64,000 nt of DNA from Octopus sinensis (Eukaryota). The stretch is from positions 22,072,001 to 22,136,000 of the forward strand of contig NC_043000.1 in the NCBI RefSeq assembly GCF_006345805.1, given 5' to 3'. The notes under the pieces are model-generated. The model worked only from the letters and a program-made list of their open reading frames with translations, was not told the DNA's origin and did no database searches. Shown here in pieces: positions 52,311-64,000 of the stretch. Each line of letters starts with the position of its first letter. Within the stretch, counting starts at the first letter, position 1. A program made the position numbers and the translations under genes.

Positions 52311-55300
52311 CATCATCATCATCATCATTGTATAGCGTCCGCTTTCCATGCTAGCATGGGTTGGACGGTTCGACTGGGGTCTGGGAAGCCAGAAGGCTGC
52401 ACCAGATCCAGTTTGATCTGGCAATGTTTCTACGGCTGGATGTCCTTCCTAACGCCAACCACTCCATGTGTGTAGTGGGTGCTTTTTATGTGCCACCAGC
52501 ACAGGTCTAGCAGACGAGTCTAGCAAACGGCCACGATCGGATGGTGCTTTTTACGTGCCACCGGCACGGGGGCCAGGCGAGGCTGGCAATGGCCACGAAT
52601 GGATGGTGCTTTTTACGTGCCACCGGCACGAGGCCAGTCGGGGCAGTGCTGGCAATGGCCACGAACGGATGGTGCTTTTTACGTGCCACCAGCATGAGGC
52701 CAGTTGGGGCGGCGCTGGCAACAGCCACATTTGGATGGTTCTCTTATGTGCCACCGGCACTGGTAACTCAGCTGCAATTTCCATTGATCGATTTCGATTC
52801 TGATTCTGATTCTAACTTGCCTCAACAGGTCTTCACAAGTAGAGTTTTGTGTCCCAAGAAGGGAAGGTATGCATAAGTGGGCTGGCTACATCCCATGTAG
52901 AAGGCCACGGGTTATGGTCTCACTTGTCCTGCCGAGTCTTCTCACACACAGCATACTTCCAGAGGTCTCGTTCTCTAGTCATTTCCTCAGTGAGACCTAA
53001 AGTTCGAAGGTCATGCTTCACCACCTCGTCCCAGGTTTTCCTGGGTCTGCCTCTTCCACAGGTTCCCTCAACCGCTAGGGTGTGGCACTTTTTCACACAA
53101 CTATCTTCATCCATTCTCGCCACATGCCCATACCAGTGCAAACGTCTCTCTTGCACACCACATCTGATGCTTCTTAGGTCCAGCTTTTCTCTCAAGGTAC
53201 TTACACTCTGTCGATTATGAATACTGACATTACACATCCATCGGAGCATACTGGCTTCATTTCTTGCGAGCTTACACATATCCTCAGCAGTCACGGCCCA
53301 TGTTTCACTGCCATGTAGCATGGCTGTTCGTACACACGCGTCATACAGTCTGCCTTTTACTCTGAGCAAGAGGCCTTTTGTCACCAGCAGAGGTAAGAGC
53401 TCTCTGAACTTTGCCCAAGCTATTCTTACTCTAGCAGTTACACTTTCAGCACACCCACCCCCGCTGCTGACTTGGTCACCTAGGTAACGGAAGCTATAAA
53501 CTATTTCTAGTTTTTCTCCCTGGAAAGTGACAGAATTCAGTGTTTATTGTTCCTAAGCATCTGCCACATACAAAAACCATCTTCCTAGTTAGCCTTCCTT
53601 TGACATTGCTGCACCTCTTATGTGTCCATAGCCTACACTTGGTGCATCTTATAGAGTTTCTACCTACACCTTTTCTACAAATCGAGCAGGGCCATTTACC
53701 TGAAGGCGTTTGTGATTTGTCTACCTTCCTACTTATTAGGACTTTGGTTTTAGCTAGATTGACTCTAAGGCCCTTCGATTCTAATCTTTGCTTCCACACC
53801 TGAAACTTCTCCTCCAGTTCTGATAGTGACTCAGCAATTAGAGCAAGGTCATCAGCATAGAGGAGCTCCCAAGGGCATCCTGTCTTGAATTCCTCCGTTA
53901 TTGCCTGGAGGACTATGATAAATAGGAGGGGGCTGATGACTGAGCCTTGGTGGACCCCTACCTCTACCCGGAATTCTTCACTGTACTTGTTGCCAACCCT
54001 CACCTTACTAGCAGCGTCCCTGTACATGGCTCACACAGCTCTCACTAACCATTCATCTATCCCTAGTTTCCTCATTGACCACCAGATAAGGGATTGGGGG
54101 ACCCTGTCGAAGGCTTTCTCCATGTCAACAAAAGCCAGGTACAGGGGCTTATCTTTGGCTAGGTATTTCTCCTGCAGCTGCCTTACCAGGAATATAGCAT
54201 CAGTGGTAGTTTTCCCTGGCACAAACCCAAACTGCATCTCATCTAAACTAACTCTCTCTCTAATTAGTTGGGCTATGACCCTCTCCGTAACCTTCATCAC
54301 CTGATCCAACAGCTTGATACCTCTGTAATTATTTGTATCTAGGGCGTCACCTTTACCTTTGTAGCAGTTGACTATTATGCTGCTACACCAGTCATTGGGT
54401 ATGACTCCTTCGTGTATCACCTGATTAACTATACGGGTGACTAGGCTATAGCCGACACTACCAGATATTTTGAGCATCTCTGCAGTGATTCCTGATGGGC
54501 CTGGGGCTTTCCCTGTTTTCATGCTTCTAATTGCCTTAACTACCAAGGAACTGTCAACTCGGATAGCTGGTCTCTTTATCCCATTCATTTTCTTTATTCA
54601 GCAACCTTTCATAGTGGCGTCTCCAAACCTCTCTTTGCATCCTCATTTAGCGCAAGTGAACCAACTTCCATGCGTACACACTTCTCTCCTACCACATCAC
54701 AATTCTCTCTCACACACTGTCTTGCAACGCGAAACACCTCCAGTCTTTGGTCCTCATGGCGCAGAACATTGGCAAATTTTTTCTTATCTGCTTCCCCTCT
54801 GGCTAGATAGACCTGTCTCCTAGCTTCCCTTTTGGCAGTCTGATACAATTCCCTGCCACCACCATTCTTCCAGTCTTTCCAAGTCTGTCTCTTTTCTCTA
54901 ATAGCCCTGTCTACAACACTGTTCCACCACCACGTTACCTTGGGACGAGAGGGGACTTTGCACCAGCCACAGATCTGGTCAGTGGCTCTCAGCAGGTTGT
55001 CCCTTAGAAATGTCCAGTTGCCTTCTACCCCATGTGATACTCTATCCCCTTCTACTTCATCAAAGGCTTCAAGTAGCATGTCCCTAAATCTCTGTCCATT
55101 CGCAGAATCTTTAAGCTTCCAGATCCTTCTTCTCCATGTTGGTCGTCTTCTGGTTGTCCTCCTAGTCCTGATCCTAAAGTCACTAACTACCAGTCTATGT
55201 TGTGGGGTACATTCTTCACCTGGGAAGGTTTTGGCATGTATAAGCAGCCATCTTTCCTTTTGCCTGGCAAGGATGTAGTCAATTTGGCTGGTATGTTGGC

Positions 55301-56453
55301 CCGATTGGTAGGTGACTAGGTGGCTGGTAGGTTTCCTGAAGTTAGTATTGCAAATCATAAGATTATTTGCATCGCAGAACTCCAGCAGCCTGGTTCCCTC
55401 CTCGTTGCGGGAACCATAGCCATAGCCGCCATGTACGCCATGGAAGCCCCCAGCATGTCGTCCAACATGACCATTGAAGTCACCAGCCACAAAGAGAAGG
55501 TCTCTGTTGTTCGTCAACGAGGTAGTCTGCAGTAGAGTGTCATAGAATCAGTCTTTCTGTCCATCGGGTAGCCCCGACTGAGGAGCATGGGCCGATATAA
55601 TGGTTGCTAAACTATGATGAAGCACTAATCTAATCTTAAGTATTCTGTCACATACTCTGATTACCTCAATTACTTTATCTACCCATTTCTCAGCGATAAG
55701 TATACCCACGCCACCAACCCCGTCAGTGTTCCCTGCACAGAAAATCTTGTACCTGTGTTCCTTGCCTGTGAGGAACCTAGCAGATCCTCCTCTCCACCTT
55801 ACTTCTTGCATGCAACATATATCCACACATCTCCGTTCAAGCATCGCGACTATCTCGCCAGACCTACTTTTCAGTGTGCCAACGTTGAGGTGGCCAACCC
55901 GGAGGGTGTGGGAGGTATGGGCCCTAGAGATCCTGGGACGGTGGACAGTAGCTTCATGTACCTGAAAAGAAAGCTCGCATTTGACAGAATTCATGTGCAA
56001 GTAATACAGTAGCCTTCAGTTCAACCTGCATAACACTAGCCTTTCATATTTTGCACTGTATGAACATTACCTTACATTTGAAGAGCATTTGTAGTCTTCA
56101 TGGGAAGCAACCCCGGGATGGCAAAGAATAGGAACTTCCGGCATGTGTGGAGGGGGTGGGAGGGCGGCTGCACCATAAACTAGGAAGAGGTTCTGTTAAT
56201 CGTGTGAGCAAGAAAGTAGGTTTGAAAAATCTGAGAAAGTGAGATTTTTAGGGGAAAGATAAGTGGCTATGAACCGGGAGCAACAGGGAGACAAGACTAA
56301 ACGAAAAACATATTTGAGCTAGACAGAGTAATGAGAGAATACTGAAAGAAAGAAAGAAAGAATAATATAATGAGAGAGTACTGAAAGAACAATATAATGA
56401 GAGAAATCGAAGAATAATGATGATACGTGCAAAGATAGAAGATAAAGGAAAGC
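52311..56453 (-). mobile_element. Full-length RTE-clade LINE (AP endonuclease + RT), recently inactivated
   Basis: EN motifs (LNVGTL, MQEVRW, AGDFNGH, QIDYIL, QHRLV) and RT motifs (GIKLL, FVDMEKAFDRV, QGSVISP, LYADD, FRYLG) across ORFs 55548-56000, 54609-55517, 54031-54588, 53494-54027 and 52920-53384. Two in-frame TGA stops (likely CGA>TGA) plus frameshifting deletions. About 600-nt 3' UTR ending in (GAT)n. Flanked by a TATACACAC(AC)ATATATATAT TSD (52290-52310 and 56454-56472). Confidence 0.93.
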
Positions 56454-56486
56454 TATACACACATATATATATACATATATATATAT

Positions 56487-56732
56487 GGCACATAAAAACA
56501 CCATCCGAGCGTGGCCGTTCGCCAGCCTTGTCTGGCACCTGTGTCGGTGGCACATAAAATCACCCACTACACTCTCGGAGTGGTTGGCGTTAGGAAGGGC
56601 ATCCAGCTGTAGAAACACTGCCAGATCTGACTGGTCTGGTGCAGCCTTCGGGCTTCCCAGACCCCAGTTGAACCGTCCAACCCATGCCAGCATGGAAAGC
56701 GGATGTTAAACGATGATGATGATGATGATGAT
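56487..56732 (+). mobile_element. RTE 3'-end copy
   Basis: Same 3' UTR sequence and (GAT)n tail, with (TA)n on both flanks. Confidence 0.85.
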
Positions 56733-56739
56733 ATACATA

Positions 56740-56983
56740 TATATATATACATATATACATATATATATATTATATATATATATAATATATATATATATAC
56801 ACAATTCATAGATAAGAGCAAATGAAATTTTTCAGCATATTTGGCATTAGAAATTTTTTCGTTTGCCCTTATCTATAAATTGTTTATAAATTTAACCTTT
56901 AAAGGTATTTTTAATATGCAGGCCATTGATAAAATTTTTTTTGGAAAATAATTTTTTTCGAAAAAAGTTTTATCCTACATTAG

Positions 56984-57017
<34 letters not shown>

Positions 57018-57065
57018 ATACATATACATATATATATACATATACATACATACATATATATATAT

Positions 57066-57113
<48 letters not shown>

Positions 57114-57168
57114 CACATATATATAGATATATATATATACACATATATATAGATATATATATATATAT

Positions 57169-57266
<98 letters not shown>

Positions 57267-57271
57267 TATAT
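56740..57271. repeat. Compound (TA)n/(TACA)n microsatellite
   Basis: Directly visible long purine-pyrimidine alternations (main block 56985-57271) hosting RTE tails. Confidence 0.95.
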
Positions 57272-57363
57272 CATCATCATCATCATCGTTTAACGTCCGC
57301 TTTCCATGCTAGCATGGGTTGGACGGTTCAACTGGGGTCTGGCAAGCTCGAAGGCTGCACCAG
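57272..57363 (-). mobile_element. Short RTE 3'-end copy
   Basis: About 90 nt of the terminal RTE sequence with tail, inside (TA)n. Confidence 0.8.
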
Positions 57364-59200
57364 ATATATATATATACATATATAACGGGAAGCTTTATGA
57401 AAATAGACAAAAGACGAAGGCAGGTGGAATACAAACAAACAATTGTATTAGTATGGCGCTCAGGAAATATAAATAAAACAAGTCTTTAACGTTTCGAGCC
57501 TACGCTCTTCAGCATATATACACATATATACATATATATATATATCATTATCATCATGTTCAACCATTAGTCCCTACACATTTTTCTCTCTACATTTTTT
57601 ATTTTGTCCTCACTCCTTTTCCTATTCAATCCTCTTCTGTCAAAGGGTGTAGGCTCAAAATGTCAAAGACTTTTCCATTCTTCCTGGGCATTATACTAAT
57701 ACACCTGCTTGTTTATTTCCTCACCTGTGCTTGTCTTTTGTTTTCTGTAAATTTGAACTGTGTGTGTGTGCATGCATGCATGCATGTGTGTGTTTGTATT
57801 AGAAACTGAATTTAAAGAATCAAGCAGGACACACAATAAGCTCTCTGGTAAGAAATCAGCTATTGGCTCACACACTAATTAAAACATTAGGTAATTTAAC
57901 TTGTCCATGTAACTGAAAATCCTGGATACACAAACAGTAAATATTTCACAAGAAGTATACAATAAGAAAAGAATCAGTTGTAAGCAGTAAATACAGATTT
58001 ATTATTTCCATATGATTACAGCTCTTTTGTAATCTTTTGCTAGGAGTATAAACATAATATGCACATCTGTGTATGAATATTCAGCTCAATTATATAATGT
58101 GCTTGTATGTTTATAACTTTGGGTATTGAAGTTCATGGAAAAGATTATGAAACAGCTGTAACGTGGTTTCTTGCATATTCGGAATCTCCGTCATCTAAGA
58201 AAAAGGGGAAAAAATTTCGAAAAAAGTTCAAAATTTTAAATTGAGCGGGGAGGGGTGAAATAAAAAATTTCGTTATCTCCGACATCTAAAACGTAGTAAA
58301 CTGAAAACTTTTTCAAAAAAATGCATTTTGTCAGTAGAGGCGCGGGATCTTTTATGGAAATAATAAATTAATATTTACCTCTCACACCTCCTGATTCTAT
58401 GGGTGCTGTTCCAGTATTGCTGCAGTCAAATGACTGAGACAAGTAAGAGAATATATATATATATATATATAGGTGCAGGAGTGGATGTGTGGTATGTAGT
58501 CTGCTTACCAACCACATGGTTCCGGGTTCAGTCCTACTGCATGGCACCATCTACTGTAGCCTCAGGCCAACCAAAGCCTTGCGAGTGGATTTGGTAGATG
58601 GAAACTGAAAAGAAGCCTGTCATATATGTTGGTGTGTCTGTGTTTGTCCCCCCCCCCCATCATCGCTTGACAACCAATGTTACTGTGTTTACATCCTCGT
58701 AACTTAGCAATTCGGCAAAAGAGACCGATAGAATAAGTACTAGGCTTACAAAGACTAAGTCCTAGGGTCGATTTGTTTGACTAAAGATCGTGCTCCAGCA
58801 TGGCCACCGTCAAATGACTGAAACAAATAAAAGAAAAAGACTCACACACATACACATGTATATATATGAGACTTGAAGCATTGATTTAACCATCAGCTTT
58901 CTTTATCTGCACATACTTGTAAATATTGCAGACATGTAAAATAGCTTAAACACAGCTTATTATTACATGATAAATATTGTGAAATGGTTGTAATCCTAAT
59001 GATGACAAGTGGTGAAATAAATATATTCACTTCTCATATTTCTTGACCTTTTATCATCATCATCATCATCATCATTATTATTTAATGTCTGTTTTTCATG
59101 CCGGCATAGCATCTACTTATTTAAAATTGAGTTGCTACTTGGAGTTCTTTATTCTTGTTTGAAAACTGAGAATGAAAAACTCATGCATTTGAATTTTTTA

Positions 59201-59231
<31 letters not shown>

Positions 59232-59997
59232 AAGCTACTGAATAAATTATAACTATGGATTCAGTTTAGGTGCTTCGTGTCCTATGAAATATATGACAAC
59301 ACACATACAAATTGTGCTGACCTCCTTTTTACAATGGTAAAAATCTCTTCTGTTTGGATAAGAATTTCCAAGTGTAGTAATTCTGTAATAACTGTTACAG
59401 TTATCTTCATTGCTCTAGGAAGTAATCTCACTCGTTGAACAACAGGAATAACATTTTCATTTGTGATTGGTTAAGTCTGAGAATCATACACATTTCATCC
59501 CCTTTGAGCAAATTTCTTTTCCTGAATCCTTGTGGAAAATGATTTACATATTCAATCATTTGCAAAATGATCCACGTTATTGCATCATTTCTAATTCTGT
59601 ATAAATTACACATTTACTTTGTTTTGTTTTACTTTTGACTGATGTAGTGTCCAATGAACATGCAAGTCAAAGAAGAACTTGACTCACCATATTCTCTCGT
59701 TTTTCGCAGTATATCTTCAAGTAATTTTGCTAAGTAAATCTAGTGCTATTTTGTCACCATGTTACACACTTTTTAATCCTTTACGGTTCAAAAGTTCATG
59801 TGTATGATTGAGTCTGGTGGGCTCAAGTTATCTCAAGTTGAACTCCAGTTAAGCACAGTTTAATATTACTGTGGGAGTCAAGTAAGGTTGTATACTAGAT
59901 ATTCTCATTCTATTTGTATATTGGTGTTTATGGAAGTGTTCCACAATTCAATTGAATGTATCTAGAAACAGGCGAAATCTGCAGCTAGCCTATTTAA

Positions 59998-60218
59998 CCC
60001 TTTCGTTACCAACCCGGCCAAAACCGGCTCTGGCTCTGTAATACAAATGTCTTGTTTTCATAAGTTTTGAATTAAAATCTCCTACCAAACCTTAGTCACA
60101 ATTTATGATCCTAACACTAGCTGAATGATAACTAAGTTATTTTACTAAATTCTTTGTTATATTTAAAATAACTGAAAGAAACACAGAGCATCTCAAAATG
60201 AATACGGTAACGAAAGGG
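59998..60218. mobile_element. piggyBac-type MITE
   Basis: TTAA|CCCTTTCGTTACC ... GGTAACGAAAGGG|TTAA: perfect 13-bp TIRs with TTAA TSD. Confidence 0.88.
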
Positions 60219-60224
60219 TTAAGG

Positions 60225-60900
60225 TGTTACATCTCAAAGTTATGGCTAAGACCACATGTTAATGAGAGAAATGTTTTTTTTTCTTTTGATAATTGTGTCC
60301 TTGTCTCCCAGAGTGTGAAGGATATGAAGAACCTGGTGGATGCTTTTAGCAAGGTGGTCCAAAAGTTTGGCTTAGATATTAATATCCAGAAGACTAAAGT
60401 TCTCTAATAACCAAGCCCTGATGTGTGTCCAATGTCACATCCTGTATTGGTTATCATCTAAGGGTAGAAACTAGTACAAGCAAACCACTTTACCTATGTA
60501 GGTTGTGCAATTAATAATGATAGTAGGCTCAGTAACGAACAAAATTGGGGGATGAGCAAGGCCAGTTTGACATTTGGAAGGTTGATAGGGCAACTTTAGA
60601 ATAACAATCACATTATAGTCCAAGTGCAAAGCATAACAAGAAATAGTATTACCCACTTTATTGTGCAGATCAGTGGCACAGATATTAGGTTGCAAACAGT
60701 TAAATTCACTCATGAATTCATGATGCAATCCTTGAGACAGATCCTAAATATCATCTGGAAGACAGGAACAGGACCACATTGTCACAGAGAAAGTCATGTT
60801 TTCTAACATGCTGGCAGTATTGGTGCAATGAAACCGATGCTGATTGGGCATTCTTTAGACCTGTTTAAAGAATGAAGAAACCTTAACTACCAAGAAGTCA
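60225..60900 (+). mobile_element. Decayed RTE-type RT fragment
   Basis: SQSVKDMKNLVDAFSKVVQKFGLDINIQKTKVL and FTYVG-like motifs, with many stops. Confidence 0.6.
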
Positions 60901-61240
60901 AATATTGTATTCACTGCTGGAGGTACAAAAAGTCATTGTCAATACTAAGCTTGTTAAAGAATTATATATATATAGTCAATTGAATCACTCTAATTTATTG
61001 TTTATATATATAAACAATAAATTAAATAGAGAAATTCAATTGACAATCCAATAATTCATTTATATTATAATATAACATAATATACTATGAATATAAGATA
61101 TCATACATATATAAATATATATATACATATGGTTTTCCCAACCAGTCACCATGCTTGATCGTTACATTCACAAGTATTTTTTTCTCTCTCTGTTTATTTT
61201 CTCTTATTCCTTCCTCTTTTGCTTTTCTGTAAATTTCGAC

Positions 61241-61274
<34 letters not shown>

Positions 61275-62777
61275 TACATACATACATATATACATACATA
61301 TGAAATGCTGAGTAGACGAAACAGGGACAACTGAAGAAGGGGAATATTCCTTGTGTTGTATGTCTTGTACTCTGTTTTTTCGTTGTTTGAAAGAAAGTTT
61401 GTCTCCATGTTTTTGCTTTTATGTTTTCATTTCTCATTGTGTTCAAAATTTTTTCGGTGTCCTGTGCCCATATATGCATGTATATATACATATAGATGTA
61501 GGTATGTACATATATGTATGTATATATGCATATGTTTATATATTATTTATGTTATTACATACACACATACATATGGACTCTCCTGTTGTTGAAGGTGATG
61601 CATGAGTGTTCAGCTTTTTTTTTGCCGAATGACCTGCACAAATTATTTTTTCTTGTAGTGATCAAATGTATGTGCTCATACCCTCCATCAAATTGATGTT
61701 GCCTGAACAGGTGCATGATGTGCAATATGTCAGGCATTGAAATGATCACAGAGCAAAATGAGATCGTGTTTTGCTCAAGAACACAATGCACCATCCAGTT
61801 TAGGAATTGAAGCCATGGTCTCACGATTGTTGTAAGGGAAACCCTCCAACCACTAGGCCATGTGTCCTATATATATTTTATATTTTAATTTCTAGAAAAG
61901 CACCCAATGAAAGCACCAAAGAAATTCTTCTTTTCGCACATTTTTTCCTGTCTGTCCATGCATCGAATTCATTACACAGCCAATAGCAGTGCATTTTATG
62001 ACATTATCCTTAATTGCTGATAGCCTCTAAAATAATATCCTTCCTGATAAACTGGCAATAATAGTCCCAAAGACAGAAACTAAATGTCTATGAAGCCAGA
62101 AGGTCTCCACAACACAGCTGCAACTTCTAATGCTATGTGACATGCCCAATTTACTGTTTATGCTCAAATACATTTTCCAGTCGCCAAGTTGGTGATGTAT
62201 TGGATCCTATTTCTGGCAATCCACATACTGTCTTTTTCACCGTAATGCTTTTTTACAGAGTGAAAAAATACTCCACCTATCACTCAATCCATCTCCGACT
62301 TTCTCTAAGTTTATACATTACATTTATAGCTTTGAAGTTGCTGCAGGACCTCTGCTTTCTCTCTGCCTATATACCCCTCTCTATGTCTTTATCTCTCTCA
62401 CTATCCCCCCCTCTCTCTGGTTGTATATGTGTCTCACTCTCATTACCAAATACTTTTCTAGAGAAAAAATATGCGAGACAGATGGAAAGGGGGTTAGGGA
62501 GAAAAAAGAAGTTAGACAGAGCGAGGAAGAGACAGAAGACAGATGTCTCTTCTCCCCTCTGTCTCACTCATTTTTTCTCCATAACCCCCTTTAAATTATG
62601 TTATGCAATATTGAAATACCTTTTAACAATTTTTATTGTAAAGAAAATTGGCATTACATTAGATGCCAATATGTGCCTTATGAATACATTTGAGTACTGT
62701 ACAGACCAGGCTGAAGGCTGGGAGGCTTGCTAGTATATATATATATTAGGGATATATAGTTTATATATATATATATA

Positions 62778-63400
62778 GTCAGGCCATAACCTGTGGCCCC
62801 TACCTGGGACGTAGTCAGTCCACCTGTGCATACCTTCCTTCTTGTGACACTTGTGAAGACCTGTTGAGGCAAGTGAAAATCAAATCAAATCAAAACAAAT
62901 CAAAATAGATGAACATCAATGGAATTTGTATCTTTGTGGTACCAGTGCCGGTGGCACGTGGCACACAAGAAAACCATCCGAACGTGGCCGTAGCCAGTAC
63001 CGCATCGACTGGCCTCCGTGCTGTGGGCACGTAACAAACACCATCCGATCGAGGCCGTTTGCCAGCCTCATCTGGCACCTGTGTCGGTGGCACATAAAAA
63101 CACCATCCGAGCGTGGCCGTCTGCCAGCCTCGTCTGGCACCTGTATCGGTGGCACATAAAAAACACCATCCGAGCGTGGCCGTTTGCCAGCCTCGTCTGG
63201 CACCTGTGTCGGTGGCACATAAAATCACCCACTACACTCTCGGAGTGGTTGGCGTTAGGAAGGGCATCCAGCTGTAGAAACACTGCCAGATCTGACTGGA
63301 CTGGTGCAGCTTTCGGGCTCCCCAGACCCCAGTTGAACCGTCCAACCCATGCTAGCATGGAAAGTGGACGTTAAATGATGATGATGATGATGATGATGAT
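62778..63400 (+). mobile_element. RTE complete 3' UTR copy
   Basis: Starts just after the position of the ORF stop of the full element; about 5 internal repeats, (GAT)n tail, TA repeats on both sides. Confidence 0.88.
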
Positions 63401-63409
63401 ATATATCGA

Positions 63410-64000
63410 TGATTCTATTAGCACAACCTCACTCTCCCACGAACATTTGGACTCCTTCCTCTCCTTTGTCCAATCCTTCCATCCTGCCCTAAAATTCTCT
63501 TGCACTGTGACTCTTCCATCAAGTTTCTTGACATTTTTGTCAACATACACCACTCCACTCTCACCACCTCCACCCTCTACAAACACACTGACTCACATTC
63601 CTTCCTTAACTTATCCTCTTTCCACCCTACCCACACCAAGCTCTCCATCCACTACTTCCAATTCCTCCATCTACGGTGGCTCTGCAGTGATGACCATAAA
63701 TTTGAAACTCAGTCTCAACTCAGGCTCGCCACTTCATCCTATGTGGATATCTCATTACCATTATCCACACTGTCCTTGCCCAGGCACAATCTGTGGACCA
63801 TGCCTCTGCTCTTTCTCCTTGTACCCACCCCACCCTTACCCATCTCCCATTTCCCCTCATCTACCGCTTCTCCACCCTACCCCTCCAACGACCCATTCTC
63901 GAAGCCTTATGGCGACTCCAGTTTGATTCTTCCATCTCATACATCTTCCCTAACCTACACCTTCACTCTTTCAAATGAGCCCATAAATTTTGTGACCTTC
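63410..64000 (+). mobile_element. Penelope-like element RT C-terminal relic
   Basis: FVQSFHPALKFSCT, FLDI, LYKHTDSHSFLNLSSFHP and FPLIYR motifs typical of PLE RT/thumb, with frameshifts; runs off the right edge. Confidence 0.75.

Noticed and set aside
56926-57286. IY/YI-rich ORFs (also 40977-41307, 52079-52475, 61085-61605)
   Set aside because: They are translations of (TA)n/(CA)n microsatellites.
62137-62733. 198-aa plus ORF
   Set aside because: It runs through CT/GA-rich low-complexity sequence and has no domain or splice support.

Overview
AT-rich, repeat-dense eukaryotic DNA. The SINE/RTE repertoire and (TA)n microsatellites look like an octopus (coleoid cephalopod) genome; this is inference, not a database result. 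Three spliced protein genes could be rebuilt by hand. MCM3 is on the minus strand (exons 1-2 only; it runs off the left edge). TSEN34 is on the plus strand (6 exons, 297 aa, head-to-head with MCM3, needing one GC-AG intron). A single Emi1/Emi2-type APC/C inhibitor, FBXO5/FBXO43-like, is on the minus strand (4 coding exons, 320 aa, convergent with TSEN34). There is one tRNA-His(GUG) gene. The rest is mobile DNA: a full-length 4.1-kb RTE-clade LINE with TSD, many truncated copies of it, several tRNA-derived SINE families, mariner relics, Helitrons, piggyBac/pogo/Ginger-like MITEs, a solo LTR, and Tx1/L1-like and Penelope-like fragments. The best novelty candidate is the RTE family. Its youngest copies sit in (TA)n microsatellites. 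Its ORF carries a C4HC3 PHD-type finger inside the RT domain, it has a candidate 5' intron, and its 3' UTR holds a variable array of hairpin repeats. All exon models and alignments were made by eye and need RNA-seq or HMM confirmation.
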